The notes beneath the pieces were generated by a model. It made no database searches, was not told the origin of the DNA, and worked only from the letters and a program-made list of their open reading frames with translations. This document shows, in pieces, positions 29,921 through 31,097 of a DNA stretch of 31,097 bases. This DNA is from Candidatus Micrarchaeota archaeon (lineage in GTDB: Archaea > Micrarchaeota > Micrarchaeia > Anstonellales > Bilamarchaeaceae). Each line of letters begins with the position of its first letter. Position 1 is the stretch's first letter. A program made the position numbers and the translations under genes. Where the stretch lies: positions 1 through 31,097 of the forward strand of contig JBFMEZ010000023.1 of NCBI GenBank assembly GCA_040753215.1, written 5' to 3'.

Positions 29921-31073
29921 AACAGAAGAAGTGAGGGAGATTGTGCAGAAGGAGCGCCTCTCCGAGCGTGACCTCTGCTTCCTCCTCTCCCTCCGCACAA
30001 AAAAAGCAAGGGCCCTCCTCCATTCCAAAGCTGATGAGGTGAGGAAAAAGTCCATAGGCGATACAATCCACGCGCGCGCACTTATAGAGTTCTCCAACAC
30101 CTGCCGGAATAACTGCCTCTACTGCGGCATAAGGTGCGGAAACAAAAATCTTCCCCGCTACCGGATGAGCCCGGAGGAAATACTTTCCACCGCAAAGAAA
30201 GCCGCCTCCGCCGGCTACGGAACCGTCCTCCTGCAATCCGGGGAAGACCTCTCCTACCCCGCTCGCACCCTCTGCTCCATAATCTCAAAAATAAGAAAGC
30301 CCGGCCTCGTCGTTTCCCTGAGCATAGGCGAGCGCCCTCTGGAGGAGTACGAACAATTCTACGAGGCTGGCGCAGAGAGAGTCCTCATCCGATTCGAAAC
30401 CTCGGACCCAAAGCTATTTAAAAAATTCCATCCCCCCTCCTCGCCCACAAAGAACAATTTATCCGCGCGCCTCCGCCTCCTCTCCGACCTCAAAAGAATG
30501 GGCTATTTCATCGGCTCCGGCCCCCTCATAGGCCTGCCCGGCCAGACCCCCCTCCACCTCGCCCGCGACCTTCTCCTTTTCAATAAATTAGGGATAGAGA
30601 TGGCCGGCACAGGCCCGTTTATACTGCATCCACATACCCCACTTGCAGACAGCGACCGGTTTCCGGTTTTCAGTTCCCTGTTTCCGGTTTCCGGCACTCG
30701 GCACACAGCATCCGGCATGCAGCAGACCACAGCAGACAGGATGCGGCTCGCGGAAAAAACGATAGACGCATACTCCTGCATCCGCCTCCTCTGCCCGGAT
30801 ATTTTCATCTCAGCAACCACCGCCCTCCAGACCATCGACCCGTTCGGGAGGCAAAAAGCCCTCCGCGCAGGCGCAAATCTCCTCATGCCCAACATTACCC
30901 CGCAGAAATACCGCCCCCTCTATTCCCTCTACCCAAACAAGGCCTGCATCCGCGAAACCGCAGATGATTGCCTCACCTGCGTCCGCATGATTGTGGAATC
31001 GCTCGGAAGGAAATGGGGAACCGGGCCCGGCCATCCGCCAAGGAGGAAACCGGTTTCCACTTCCCGGTTTTGA
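29895..31073 (+). CDS. hydE: [FeFe]-hydrogenase H-cluster radical SAM maturase HydE
   Basis: RALIEFSNTCRNNCLYCGIR, LQSGED, LSIGE, RFET, GPFILHPHTPL, ATTAL, GANLLMPNITP..YR..YSLYPNK. Overlaps the end of hydG. Confidence 0.88.
   Translation: MEKETCSSETEEVREIVQKERLSERDLCFLLSLRTKKARALLHSKADEVRKKSIGDTIHARALIEFSNTCRNNCLYCGIRCGNKNLPRYRMSPEEILSTAKKAASAGYGTVLLQSGEDLSYPARTLCSIISKIRKPGLVVSLSIGERPLEEYEQFYEAGAERVLIRFETSDPKLFKKFHPPSSPTKNNLSARLRLLSDLKRMGYFIGSGPLIGLPGQTPLHLARDLLLFNKLGIEMAGTGPFILHPHTPLADSDRFPVFSSLFPVSGTRHTASGMQQTTADRMRLAEKTIDAYSCIRLLCPDIFISATTALQTIDPFGRQKALRAGANLLMPNITPQKYRPLYSLYPNKACIRETADDCLTCVRMIVESLGRKWGTGPGHPPRRKPVSTSRF
30647..30740 (+). repeat. Degenerate 7-nt tandem repeat, in frame in hydE
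   Basis: CCGGTTT CCGGTTT TCAGTTC CCTGTTT CCGGTTT CCGGCAC TCGGCAC ACAGCAT CCGGCAT GCAGCAG. Confidence 0.78.
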
Positions 31074-31097
31074 GTATCTGGTTCCAAGCATTTACCG
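31045..31097 (+). repeat. Degenerate 7-nt tandem repeat spanning the hydE stop codon
   Basis: GGAAACCGGTTTCC palindrome, then CCACTTC CCGGTTT TGAGTAT CTGGTTC. Confidence 0.6.

Noticed and set aside
28511..31073. Annotation as thiH and bioB
   Set aside because: The CX2CX22C C-terminal motif and the YxLYPNK motif, together with their adjacency, favour hydG and hydE.

Overview
Archaeal chromosomal window, most likely from a DPANN lineage such as Micrarchaeota. This is inferred from a class I CCA enzyme, PurP, PolB with a C-terminal PIP box, Rad50, GGTGA ribosome-binding sites, TATA boxes, a tandem-domain Lrp regulator and Cys-rich surface lipoproteins. From left to right it holds an N-terminally truncated AlbA/RecG-C-type regulator, then a lower-GC island. 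In the island an Lrp/AsnC regulator is divergent from a full-length two-domain 4-fluorothreonine-transaldolase-like enzyme, a divergent KamA-family radical SAM aminomutase, a low-specificity threonine aldolase and a GNAT acetyltransferase. This island is the best candidate for an undescribed system: an unusual amino acid pathway in an archaeon. Next come purP, cca, a lipoprotein-membrane-Roadblock-like protein, gyrB-gyrA, a surface protein, a triple excisionase-like HTH protein, polB, a pseudokinase-like protein, rad50, three Cys-rich repeat lipoproteins and the [FeFe]-hydrogenase maturases hydG-hydE. Non-coding structure includes two copies of a 214/232-bp MITE with terminal inverted repeats and a 7-bp target duplication. 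There are also dispersed 7-nt tandem repeats that insert in frame into proteins, a palindromic in-frame insert in polB, and two perfect palindromes at the left edge of the island. All calls come from motif recognition by eye; no searches were run.
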